Shown: positions 13,324-25,768, counted from the first letter of the stretch. The stretch: DNA of 64,000 nt from Eledone cirrhosa (GCA_964016885.1 OZ024742.1:115444001-115508000), one strand, 5' to 3'. The notes: a model not told the origin generated them from the sequence alone. A program made the numbers and translations.

Positions 13324-14300
13324 TCAGTTTGTGGTTGCACTATAATGATCGTTCGATTCTGTTAGCGCGGGCCACAACCACCCCACAGATTCGGTCCGTG
13401 AAGATAGCAACACGCATAGCGACCAAAGGGGAAGCAACAATGCGGGAACCACCAGCAACCCAACAACACTCCAACAACTCACGACGCCCCCAACCCACCC
13501 ATATAGGAGTAGACGCAGAAAAATCACGTGGTAAAACCCATCATACTCAGCGGCCTTAAAGAACAGCTGAGCCCAAACATTATTTGGAGCACTTGATAAA
13601 TGCTTCCCAAGGGACCATAAATAGTACAAGATCTTCAACAGACACACTGTGAAGCTCTCCTATTCCACCACGAGAAATCCGGCTACACATAGCTAGCCGC
13701 AACAGGAGTAGGCTTAAAAACCACACACAACAAGAAAATGGCAATATAAGCACCCAACAGAACCATGGAAGGAGAGAAGGGGGACCCAGTACAAACCCAA
13801 GAAACTCAAACAGACCCGGGGACCCCCCACCGTGCCCGGGGGAAGTCGACCATGTAACACGTAATGGGAACCCCAGACTACGCACGCAGAGTTCGACCAC
13901 CCTGTGTAACTGCAGAAACCTCGAAACATGGTTCCTTAGTATTGAATACCTTAAGAATAACCTAATATACGGATGGAGGTTTAAATCCGCCAACTCTGAA
14001 CACCTCTACATAGGAGCCACATCAACGAGCTTTAAAGACCGTTGGTATAACCATCGCCATTCCTTCAATAAGGAGGTCAAAAGGAAAAGTACGTCTCCTT
14101 CCTACCTGATCTGGAAGCTTAAGCTGGACAGGACCCCGTACTCTCTGGCCTGGTCCATAATCAGCAAAGTAGCACCCGATAAAGGGGGATCTGCCATATG
14201 CAAACTATGGCTGAACGAAACCGTCGAGATACTAAGAGGTGGAAGCCACCTGATAAACCTCAGAACCGACTTCATCAGGACATGCAGACACATCAGGGCC
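13324..14300 (+). mobile_element. Penelope-like element 3' part (thumb plus GIY-YIG), GC-rich, decayed
   Basis: Translates with stops to KITW*NPSYS..DKCFP..KIFNRHTVKLSYS and CNCRN..YIGATSTSFKDRWYNH..LIWKLK..CKLW..TCRH. Confidence 0.8.
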
Positions 14301-14465
14301 GGGACATCCTCAAGATATATGGACAGTAACAACACACTGAGATGTGAACTCTCCTCAAGCTATAGGGAATTCTCCAGTACATGTAGACACCTCTTGGCCG
14401 GACATCCCTCAAGATATATGGGCAATAACAACACCATAGGTTGATAACTCCCCTCAAGCCATAGG
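14280..14465. repeat. Diverged tandem duplication, about 100-bp unit
   Basis: acatgcagacac..ggacatcctcaagatatatgg..ctcaagctatagg repeated at about 14280 and 14379. Confidence 0.8.
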
Positions 14466-15359
14466 CACCCACCCAGGCTGAGCAGACACCATGAGAGCCT
14501 AGAGATTGATTCTGACACAGCCTTGCTAATTTGGCCAAAATCTTTATAACACAAACGCATTTTATTTTACTTGAATCTTCATTTTTTTATGTTTCATTTG
14601 TTTTCTGTTTTCTTCACTTAATTGCGTTCTATTTCTTCATATGCATGACACAACTCCCACCCCCCTCACCACCAGCAACACCAACACGAGAAATGGTGAC
14701 AGGATGGCTGAAATAACACACATAGATACTTCTTAATGTCACCAGCAGCAAGATCTTGGCTGACCGCAACACCAACAACACTACCAAAATAATGGTAGAA
14801 GTCAGATGTACTTAACAATAGCAAAAACAAAGACTACAGGTAGCCTCACCCCATAAATAATTTCTATAGACTTTTGACTGAGAAATGCTCTCACAACTGA
14901 CCAATGGGAGGAGTGACCTTGCAAATCATTCTAACGTTGAGATTGGTTATAACACACACACATTTTATTTGATCATCTTATTTTGTTTTATTCTTTTACC
15001 ATCTTGTTCCTCCTACCACTTTATCCAACATATTTCTGACTTTGAGATTGGTTATAGCACACACATTTTATTTTATTTGAATCTTCATTTTTACTTTTCA
15101 TTTTTCATTTTTCATTTTTCATTAATTTTTTATTAATTTTTCATTAATTTTTCATTAATTTTTCATTTATTTTTTATTTATCATTTATTTCCTGTTTTCT
15201 TCATTTTATTGCCTTCTATTTCTTCATATGCATGGCACAATCCCCATAACAGAAACACTACTCACCCACCACCACCTCCACGAGAAATGGTGGCAGGATG
15301 GATGAAGTAACACACACAGATACTTCTAAATGTCAGCTGCAGCAAGACCTAGGCTGCCC

Positions 15360-15800
15360 AAAGCACAATAACTCTAGTAAATGTAACTGTAGAATCAAAT
15401 CAAACTGCCCTTTACAAAATAATTGTTTAGACAAAAACATAGTTTATAAATACACAGTTAAAACTAGCGACAAAATATTTAACTATGTTGGTACCACTTC
15501 AACAAAATTTAAAGAACGCTGGAATAACCATAATCATACACTTAGGAGATCTGATGAAAAATTTTCTACTTCACTTTCACATCTAATCTGGGATTTAAAA
15601 GAGAAACAATATAGACTATGCAATATCTTGGAGAACGATTTCGAAAGCACCTGCATACCGAAATACGGCTTTTTCAAGATTTTGTAAATTGCCTATCGAA
15701 GAATTGTTTATATAATTAACTGTCAAAACTCTATTACTCTCAAAACATAATTATTTTCTTCTTGCACACATCGTAAAAAAATCCACGTTCAGAACTTTTT
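15360..15800 (+). mobile_element. Penelope-like GIY-YIG endonuclease fragment, AT-rich
   Basis: CNCRIKSNCPLQNNCLDKNIVYKY..YVGTTSTKFKERWNNH..TSLSHLIWDLK in ORF 15298..15687. Confidence 0.85.
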
Positions 15801-17952
15801 TTAATTCATAATATTCCTATACACCTTCAAAATGATCCTACTTTTTTTTTATTTAAATGTAAATTGTTTTACTTTTTAATCTTTTTAAATAGTTTTTAAT
15901 ATTTTTTATATTTCAACATTTTTAATACCTCTAATATATATAATATTTAATTCTACATTATTTTAATTCTGACATTATTTTCAATTCCGACATATATTTT
16001 TAGATGTAGATTGATAATCTTTAAATGAGATTCTGAATAGGTATCCTCTTTACGATAGTTCTTCTAAAATCACATTACATGTTCCTCTCTCATTTTGTTA
16101 TTCAAACATTCACACATCTTTAGACTAAAATAATGGATCTCGCACACAATAATATATAGTTTTCTATAATTTAATGGTTACCAAACAAAATTTTCTCAAT
16201 CGTGCACACATTTTATGTTTTATAATCTGTATAGCTTCGCTAAATTAACAATATTCTGAAAACATTTTCAATGTTGAACACAATTTTGAATCCAGAAATT
16301 TGTTCTACTCTCACAACTTGAACCATCTATTTTTTAAGTAAAATACAAATTCAACATCCTTCGTAACTCATATTTGATATATAAACAACTATTACATATG
16401 CAATTTATTAATATATATATAGATATTTAAATACATATAACCTACAGTAATATAATAAAATAAAAATATTTACAACCATAATTCTTCATATAATCGAATT
16501 GATTATATTTGCAATACTACAACTAATAATATAGGTAAATGAATCCCTTCCCCCAAATTAACGTAAATGCTCTTCCTCCTTTCACTTCTTTTCCTACGCA
16601 AACAATAATTATTTATATTTTCCATAGCGTCTAAAATAACGTTTTTTTCAGCCCCTTTACATAAACCTCATTTGCATACTCATCTTAATAATTGAAAATA
16701 TCTGACTTTTCTTCTCTTTTCCTTTCACTATCCAAGGATAACTTGAACCTTTAAGGTAAATACTCCTTGGTTATATCAAAATCTATAAAACACACTTCGT
16801 ATTTCATATGATGATAGCGTACCAACATTTTTTCCACCCTTCAAATATATATAATATAATACATATGGTTTCTATGAATATAGTTTCCATTTACTTAATA
16901 TCATTGTATATATAGTGTATTTAGCAATACACTGTATGCTTAATTAAAAGCATTTTGAAGAAAGTACGAAACTGTTTTATAGTAGTGACTATATCACTTA
17001 CTTCGTTTTTCAACAAACAAAGGGAGGTAAGCTGACTGATCTCTGTTTCATACTGTTGGCATTCCTCAGAGCTTAGCACTCCCCTTGTTTGTTGAAAATT
17101 ATGAATGATGGACTCTTATAGAATTCCAGTAATAATCAGGAACTGATTATACAGAGCGGTTGCCGGTCCAGCAACAATTGAAATTTAGAATTGGTGCTCT
17201 GAAATACCGATATAAATATGAACGTATATATAGCGTATTTTACAATACAATGTATGCTTAATTAAATGCATTTGAAGGCCTTACGCTATTGTTTTAAAGT
17301 CGTGACTATGTCACTTACTTATTTTAACAACAAACAAAGGGATTATTACTAGAATTCTATGAGAATCTAACATTCATAATTTTCAACAAACAAGTTGATT
17401 ACTGAGATTTTCGAATATTAATAATAACATTCGTTTCGTTTGCAATGTTGCAAACAAGCTTCAATGTTATAGCCATGTCAGTAGAATGAACACTTCCAAC
17501 ACAAGAGCAAGAATGAAGTGTTCATTCTACATGACTGAATACAATAAATGTAATCTGAGTTTTTCAAATATCAATAATAACATTCGATTCGTTTGCAATT
17601 TGAAGTGTTCATTCTACTGACATAGCTATAAAATTAAGGCTGGTTTGCTTAATTGCAAAGGAATCGAATGTTATTATTAATATTAGAAAAAAACAGATTA
17701 CATTTATTGTATTCAGCCATGCAGAGCGAAATACTCTTTGTTGTTTTAATTTGGCAAAGCCGGCCATTTATCGCTCGTATACAGGAAACCCACTGGCGAG
17801 TCTGCTGATATCAAATCTGGCTGATCAGTGGATTTGCTGATATGCAGATCTGACTGATTAGCCAGTCTGCTAATATTCAAATCAGGCCGATCTGTCACCG
17901 TGTATTTTTGAAAATAGGATATATTTTCACTAGCTCTGACAGTTTGGCAGGT

Positions 17953-18012
17953 GAACAGTGTTGTACTGATGAAGAGTGATGCCCAGAAACATTAGTGTCT
18001 GTAGTTCTGTTC
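17953..18012 (+). ncRNA. Degenerate type I hammerhead ribozyme motif
   Basis: gaacaguguugua-CUGAUGA-agagugaugccca-GAAA-cauuagug-UC-uguaguucuguuc; core intact, stems with several wobbles and mismatches. Confidence 0.55.
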
Positions 18013-18139
18013 GTATGCCAACACAAGAGCAAGAAGGACGTGTTCATTCTACTGACCTGGCTATAAAATTGAGGCCTGTATGTAAAATTGCAAACGAATC
18101 GAATGTTATTATTAATATTCGAAAAATTAATATTCGAAA

Positions 18140-18330
18140 GGGCGGTGCATTGGCAGTATCGTTAGAGGATCGGACGCCATGCTTTCCTGCATATTTACGT
18201 CCCTTTACGATCTGAGTTCAAATCCCGTCAAGGTTGACTTTGCCTTTCATCCTTACGGTGTCGATAACATAAAGTAGCAGTAATGCACTGGGTAATTGCT
18301 GGCCTTGTGCCTAAAGTAGAAACAATTATT
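18140..18330 (+). mobile_element. Full-length SINE with 14-bp TSD
   Basis: A and B boxes; TSD attaatattcgaaa at 18126-18139 and 18328-18341. Confidence 0.92.
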
Positions 18331-19519
18331 AATATTCGAAACACTCAGATTACATTTATTATATATATATATAATTATAATAATAATACTGAATCGAAGT
18401 TATCGGATAGGACCAATATACCTTCGATCGTTTTCCAAATCAATCAATGATTTAATTAAGTCGGTATTATTACGATACCCGCTGAATGGAATTAGTGTGC
18501 ACAATAACGCGTAAGACAGTGGTAAAAACCGATTCGTGTGGATAGAACATTTTCTTTTCTAGCCCCGGACTAATGCATTAGTTTTTGCTACACCCTCTTC
18601 TGGTGACAATCAAAAGAGACCGCTGCACACAGAAACTAGGTAATGATATTGAGCATCACGTAATGGGCAAAGAGCAGCTTCATCAGTGAGATATCAGCCA
18701 TTCACCTAGAAACACATCAGCTACAAACTGACTGCTCTGGTATTATATAACTGTTGCAGTATAATATATAATTATGATTATATATATATATACATATATA
18801 TAGGTGTGTGATTGTGCACATGAGTGAGTGTCCATGTGTCTATCATGGTTACGTAGTAGTTATGTTATGATATTTTATTACTGTATCATATACAGATATT
18901 AGACAATTACTTGAATATCATAGATTTTATATAGATCGTATTCAAATGTGTGTAAAAATATGTATATAATTCGTTTTATTGGCAACAACACCTGGTATAA
19001 GCAATGAACTGATTCACGGATTCGCATGTGGCATCATGCCAAATTGTGGCCTGGCAGATCAGTATAACCTATACAAACCAGGCACAGCAGTTTGCTAAAA
19101 CAGTGCCAAACTTAAAGGTAGAGGGCGAAATTATATAAATATATATACTTACAAACATAGACACAAACACACGCATACACACATACACATACGCATATGC
19201 ATTTGTGTGTGTGTGTGTGTGCGTGTGTTTGTGTATGTGTGTTTATTACACAAAAGATATGAGTTGTTTTTTTTTTTTATCTAAATGAATATTGATATAT
19301 AGCATGTGATTTATGAATTACTTTATTGTAGAATTCACAATGAAATTTGAAGATGCTATTAAGTGTTTTATAGCGCATTAGAAACTATAGAAATGTTTAG
19401 ATTTATCCTGATTATCACGATATATATTCGACTGTTTATCTGTTAACAACCATAACCATGGAACAAAATCAAATATATAATATATATATTTAAAAATAAA
19501 TGAACTTTTTTCTGTACTA

Positions 19520-19900
19520 CACTTCAAGAAGCTTACGTATTGAACGCTGTGGCAGACAGAATCGAAGGTTTTAAGCGAATACGAATATGTTTCCAGCCAT
19601 ACCACCTGATCACTGATGATAAGCAATGACAATTATATTTAGAAAGTATACAAGTGGCAGCAGTAGAGCTGTTGATGACCCTCTTGTCGCAGACCGAATT
19701 ATTTCTGCAAACAATTTCTTTTGCAAAGTAATGCACGGAGACATGGCAGAATAATTGAGAGAAAATCTGCTCACTACATAAGTTGAAAATAATTCAGCAA
19801 GGTTAAAGGAATTGATGATCACTTCGGTTTGATCTCAACTGATAACGTAGAACACGGAAGAGCTAATACCCGAACCCATTTTAACCAACCCATTATTTGA
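19520..19900 (+). mobile_element. Possible very old mariner transposase N-terminal relic
   Basis: KYTSGSSRAVDDPLVADRIIS weakly resembles the mariner HTH linker F.SGR.SVEDDPRSGRP. Confidence 0.25.
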
Positions 19901-20224
19901 CGTAATATGCAACATGTAGGACTGAAACACCAAGGAACTATTCAAATAGACTGGAATCGTGGGTTTTACATAAATTAATCCCGTAAACAATGAAAACATG
20001 TAAGAAAATAAAACTAAATTTAAAGAAAAACAAATTTCTCCGATAGGTGTGAGTGTAGTTTGGAATCGCCACATATTCGAAACCACCCTACTAACGAAGT
20101 GCTGTCTAAAAAATTGTACTCTACCTCACTGAATTCTGCAGAAAAAAAGATGTCGCATGCAGTGTATAGACCCATTGATCATCCTCACTACCTGCAACCA
20201 TATTTTAACAAATACACTGGAGCC

Positions 20225-21729
20225 AACAGTTCTTATTTTATTCTCATCTAATTTTTCCAAGTGGAATTTGAAAGAGTTGATTAGGCTTTAGCTGAAGAAA
20301 GAACGTGTGCATTTTCATTAATTTCAATCCCATCCACCACACAACTCATTTAGCTGCTCTACCAGAGAGAATAACACTTCTTTCAATTCACCACCAAAGT
20401 AAGATGGTGGGCGAACCACGAGATGGACTCGGCCGATAGGCAAACCGGTCATTCACGTGACAAAACTGTTCGATAACAAACCACTAATCATCAATGTCGG
20501 GACTCTGGACAAATGATTTGCAGAAGGGCTTCATTGTTCTGCTTGCATACCAGACTGGTTCATCTGCTAACAATTCCAAGAATCTCCGAAAATTCTCTAG
20601 AGGCCTAGACAGAAATCTTTCCAGAACAACCTGAATAGATCGTTTTCGTCGAGACGTAGCCTCGTCCAAAGAACCACACCCCACTTGCCCAACAATAGAC
20701 TTCTTCAGTAGGCTAACTTAATTTCTAATTCTATATTGTCCAATTGATAGAGAGCTATGAGCACATGCCAACATTCAAGGTGCCGGGTACTCAGGTCCAG
20801 GACTGCTGTTCAGTTAAACAGACGAGCTGCTGAAAGACGTGCCTTACAAACGGTGAGCACACTTTTGCATACGTTAGGGAATTTGGGAAATTATATTCGC
20901 TTCATTAGGCACGTCATGCTCATCTCTCTCCAAATATTGCGTTACCGTAGATACAGCACCTGCCCAGTGAATCACGTCTATTCACTCCTCGAGAAAGAGA
21001 AGCCACTCCCCACCAGTTGGGCACAACAGTCATGTGGTAATTGATCTCAAACAGAATGACACCTTCACCAGGTCTGCACGACATTTCAGGGAGAATTTCT
21101 CTCGGTACAATTATAGGTGATAGACACCACCCTGAAAGTTACCACATGCCATGTTTTTCCATTTGGAGGACCGGTCCGAAGAAGACACGGTTCATTTTCA
21201 CAGATTTAGCCGTCCAGCACCCGGTGGTTCGGCCTCTGCATGTCGCAAGCTGCCGACCCATTGACTTTTCTTGATCAATGTTCTCTCCTGTTACGGTTTC
21301 GTACTCTCCAACAGTGGTGCCGATAATCTCTGTAGGTTTAGGCTTCGACAACACTCCGTTGATGTCGAACCCGCATGCTGGAACAGTTCGTTCACAGCCG
21401 AATTAGCGCGGCCTACACCTCAACATTTACAAATTGTTCAGTATGGTTTGGGAAGCAATGCATAGAACATGAATGAGAGCTGATAACCTTGATTAACCGA
21501 CGGCAAAAGGATAGGCAATTTCGTGAGATGACCGTTTACTTTGATTGCAGATTTCGCAGTACAATGAAGCAATCCAGCTCCTGAAAATGAATTAAAAGAC
21601 CGCTGCAAATTATCCACGGACTACCATGTGGAAAACGGTGTTGTTCAGATTCAATCCTGTGAGAGTTTCCATTTCCAGCCTCCATAAATAAGGTGGTGGT
21701 TATCGTGGATGATTCAATTCGTATTGATG

Positions 21730-21730
<1 letters not shown>
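20225..21730 (-). mobile_element. Old decayed Tx1/L1-clade LINE (RT to C-terminus)
   Basis: IIGTTVGEYETVTGENIDQEKSMGRQLATCRGR aligns with AIGTTLREYEAVTGAMINQETSVGLQLGTWRGR of ORF 41659..42345; KVNGHLT..SVNQG also aligns. Confidence 0.8.
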
Positions 21731-21779
<49 letters not shown>

Positions 21780-21784
21780 TATAT

Positions 21785-23015
21785 TTCAGTTTAGTAGTCA
21801 GTTACAAATATTAAGCTCTAAGAAAATACTTCGGAGCATTACATTATAATTTAAAAAAAATATATGATCAACACTACTGTGTTTTTTCTGCAAAATGACA
21901 ATAATTTTTTAGCCAGATAGAAATACCTTAATTCAAGTACATATAGTCCGTCTGTATCGATCTAGAGAATATTAAATATTAAATCTATACTTACAGACTT
22001 AAAATGGCAACTGCCTGGTGCCTAGACAAGTTTAAATTTCAAAATTCAAACCTTTTCAGCAGATCGGGCGGAACTTCAAAACATAAACCTGTTTCACAAG
22101 GGATGTTATACTAATGAAATAATTAATTAATTACGGAACAACTATTTATAAAATAATTATTAGTAAAGTAATTAATTTTCTGTGATCTTCGGTAGGCACC
22201 CAGAAATTAAAATCACTTCTCCTAAGATAATATCTTAAGACTGATCTGTCGCAAGCCTAATACATGTGCTTTTGCACACGACCGTCTCAGCATTCTGGCT
22301 CATATCCATGGCGCTAGAAATAGCAGCCGCGAATATGTGATTATGAATTCAGCTCCATGTAGGAGCAGATTAATTATTGTCATTTTGCCAAAAAAACGCA
22401 GTAGTGTTGATCATATATTTTTTAAAATTATAATGTAATCCTCAGGAGTATTTTCTTAGAGCTTAATATTTGTAACTGACTACTAAACCGAAATTAATCT
22501 GCTCCTACGGTGAGCTGAATTCATAATCACATATTCGCGGCTGCTATTTCTAGCGCCATGGATATGAGCCAGAATGCTGAGAAGGTCGTGTGCAAAAGCA
22601 CATGTATTAGGCTTGCGACAGATCAGTCTTAAGATATTATTTTAGGAGAAGTGATTTTAATTTCTGGGTGCCTACCGAAGATCACAGAAAATTGATTACT
22701 TTACTAATAATTATTTTATAAATAGTTGTTCCGTAATTAATTAATTATTTCATTAGTATAACATCCCTTGTGAAACAGGTTTATGTTTTGAAGTTCCGTC
22801 CGATCTGCTGAAAAGGTTTGAATTTTGAAATTTAAACTTGTCTAGGCAACAGGCAGTTGCCATTTTACGTCTGTAAGTATAGATTTAATATTTAATATTC
22901 TCTAGATCGATACAGACGGACTATATGTACTTGAATTAAGGTATTTCTATCTGGCTAAAAAATTATTGTCATTTTGCAAAAAAAACACAGTAGTGTTGAT
23001 CATATATTTTTTTAA

Positions 23016-23023
<8 letters not shown>
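21785..23023. repeat. Nested inverted repeat A1-A2-B-A2'-A1'-B'-A2'
   Basis: 21843-22375 is the reverse complement of 22493-23023 (about 10 differences by eye); the spacer 22376-22492 is the reverse complement of 21785-21903. Confidence 0.95.
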
Positions 23024-23049
<26 letters not shown>

Positions 23050-23055
<6 letters not shown>

Positions 23056-23573
23056 ATACTTTGGGAGGGTCATGTTGCCAATAAGAAAGACACGCACCAG
23101 TTGCGTTCACTTCAATTTATTATAATAAATTTATAATAAATTTATAAATTTATAAATTTCTGGTTGGTTGGTTGCTCCACAACCAGATAGTTGTTTATAT
23201 GTTGTCATAGTTCTTTCGTCACACAGTCTGTGGCCTCTTCAGTGACTGGGGATTCCTTTCTTTGTTTTTGTGACTCTCCTTTGTTCTGTCCTACGCCATT
23301 TTGTTTCTGTGTGTGTGTTGTGTGCTCAGTCTGCGCATGCGCCACATCCGGGTGCCTGTGTGTATTTATGTTCATTTATTTATTCGTTTATTTACATGTT
23401 ACTGGTTGGTTGTTTGTTCTATGTGTGCGTGTGTTTTCATTTTGTCCTTAATTGTAAGTTGTGATGTTGCTGTTCCACTCATATTTTCTATTTAATTTTG
23501 GTTGTAATTCTTTTATGTTTATTGCCTCTGTTATTTCAGATAAAGAATCTTGCTAAACAAATTCAGAAACGAA
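23050..23573 (-). mobile_element. Solo terminal repeat (pLTR) fragment of the Penelope-like family at 7.5 kb
   Basis: Collinear with 7534-7990; bounded by (TA)n on both sides. Confidence 0.88.
23204..23246 (-). ncRNA. Minimal type I hammerhead ribozyme motif in pLTR
   Basis: guca-CUGAAGA-ggccacagacugugugac-GAAA-gaac-UA-ugac; 4-bp stem I, intact core, very short stem III. Confidence 0.65.
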
Positions 23574-23895
23574 ATATATATATATATTTATTAAAATAAT
23601 AGATTTAAGTTTAAGCAAAGTATCACTGCTTTCACCATTAACGGGATCTTCTGAAACTAAGAAAATAAATATCTGAACGCAGAGGTGAATACTTCGAAAA
23701 ACGTTGAAACCGAAATAAAACAGGAAGACGATACTTTGGTTCGTGAAGACGTTCCCTGTCAATGAACGGAAAAAAGCGAAGATAATACGTCATTAAATGG
23801 AACGTTGAGAACAATTACACGCAAAGATAAAACCATGTTTATGGTATAAATGAAGTTGTAGACTAATACTCTAATTAGGAAACCAAATGATTATT

Positions 23896-24026
23896 ATCCC
23901 GCCGAGGTTAACTTTTCCTTTCATCCTTACGGGGTCGATAAAATAAAGTACCAGTAATGCACTAGGTAATTGTTGGCCCTGCGCCAAAAAGTAGAAACAA
24001 TTATTATTATTATCATTATTATTATT
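23896..24026 (+). mobile_element. 5'-truncated SINE with (ATT)n tail
   Basis: Starts after gattatt; family match. Confidence 0.88.
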
Positions 24027-25768
24027 GTTCTTTGAGTCTCAGTCATCGATGTTAGTTAACTGGAAAGTTTGTTGAAATGAATATCAAGCCACTACCTGCA
24101 GCCTCAGATATTCAGGACGTATCGGAGGGTTCTTGCTGTTCTCAGCAAAAAAGCGGGGCGGAGCCAATTTTCTTTAACCATCCCTGGAAACTCTTTGAGA
24201 TAGTACTAAGTACGCCTATGACAATCGGGACCACTTTGAATTCATGGCGGTTCCAAATCCTTTTTATATCCCACTTTAAGTCCTGGTTTCGGTTAATTTT
24301 CTCCCTCTCCTTCTCTTGCACACTCGTGTCGAATGGGCAGGCCACAACCACAATCCGGCACGATCTTTTTTCCTTGTCCAAAACGACAAGGTCATGTCTA
24401 TTGTGTTCCAGTTTCTTGTCCGTCTGTATCCTAAAATCTCACAGCAAGTTCATCTGATCGTTTTCTATCACCGACTCTGGCTTATGCTCATACCACTTCT
24501 CAGAATGTGATAAATTGTTTACTTTGCATAGGTGCCAGTGGATCACCCTGCCCATCACATCATGTCTCCAGCCTTTATAGTGAGACTTGGCTAGATGTTT
24601 ACACTCTGATACAATGTGACCCACAGTCTCCTCTCTCTCTCGACAAATCCTACACAGTGGGCTAGCCTCCCCCTTGTAAATGTGGTGTTTCAGCCATTTC
24701 GTTTTGAGGGCCTGCTCTTGTGCAGCCATTAGCATTCCTTCTGTAGCCTTTTTAAGGTCTCCTCTATTCAACCAGTTCCATGTCTGTGGATTTCTGAAAT
24801 CAGTTTTCTCAAAGAAGATACTATGAAGGGATTGTTCATGAAGGCTGCTCTTTCTCCTTGTTGATATCTCCTCCTTGGACATCCCTTGGTCTATTGTCCT
24901 CTCCTTCAGTACAATTCTAAGCATTGGCTCCTTACTATCAGTCACGTATTTGTGTAGGTTGTTTTTCTCCATCTGAACACAGTCCTCTATGCTGATAAGA
25001 CCTCTTCCACCTGCAGATCTACTTAAGTAGAGTCTATCGACATCACTCCTCTTGTGGAACATGTTGTAGATAGTCAATAGCTTCCTAGTCTTCCTATCGA
25101 TTTCTTTTTGTTCAGCACCATTCCATCTCAGAATTCCCGCACTGTACCTAATAATAGACACAGCTCGGGAATTTACTGCACTTATGAAATTCCTACTATT
25201 CAGATGTTAGTTTAATACGCTCCTTACTCTCTGAATGTATTCAGATCTTATCAATTCCTTCATTTGTTTTGTTCTTGATGTCATCAGCCTCCAGAATACC
25301 CAAATACTTGTATCCTTCTTCAGTGTCGATTTCCTTTATCATCTCACCTGTTGGTACCTGGACCCGTTACTTCTGCTCAACGTACCACTCTTCATCACAA
25401 GGACTCTACATTTACTAATAAAAAAAGTGCATACATATATCATTGCTGAAAATACGGACAGTGTCAACAAGCACATCCAACTCCTTCTCACTCTTCCCGA
25501 AGATCTTAAGATCGTCCATGAAGAGGAGGTGATTGATGGTAAGCACTCCCTTTCCCAACATGTATCCTACCCTCACCTTTCGCAGTATAATGGTCAGGGG
25601 CATCAGGACAAGGACAAACAACAGAGGGGACATACTATATCCCTGGAAGATACCTCTCCTGATCTGCACGCCTCCCAAGAATTCTCCAGCTGATGTTAAC
25701 TCAGTTTTCCAGGACATCATACTTTTGCTCAACTACTGTCTGATGTGATCTGCCACCTTGAAGATCTC
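24027..25768 (-). mobile_element. R4/Dong-clade non-LTR retrotransposon, 5'-truncated (family 1)
   Basis: GIFQG..SPL, HLLFMDD, GGRGL, CRIC..ETVGHIVSEC, RHD, CPFD..EK endonuclease motifs; 3' end abuts (TAA)n. Confidence 0.92.

Larger units (their letters stand above)
16920..18360. repeat. Mosaic of short direct and inverted duplications
   Basis: 16920-17025 direct with 17235-17342; 17080-17137 inverted with 17341-17394; 17408-17497 inverted with 17602-17690 and 18040-18125; three roughly 32-bp tandem units at 17798-17897. Confidence 0.8.

Noticed and set aside
17798-17897. Three roughly 32-bp repeats, CRISPR-like length
   Set aside because: No spacers, diverged units, eukaryotic context, no cas genes.
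18140-18230. A and B boxes suggesting tRNA genes
   Set aside because: No cloverleaf; they are SINE heads followed by SINE body and tail.
19537-19605. Minus-strand GT-AG bounded 69-nt segment
   Set aside because: Weak acceptor and overlap with a possible transposon relic.
20225-21730. Initially read as an LTR retrotransposon integrase
   Set aside because: Peptides align with the Tx1 ORF2 in this window.
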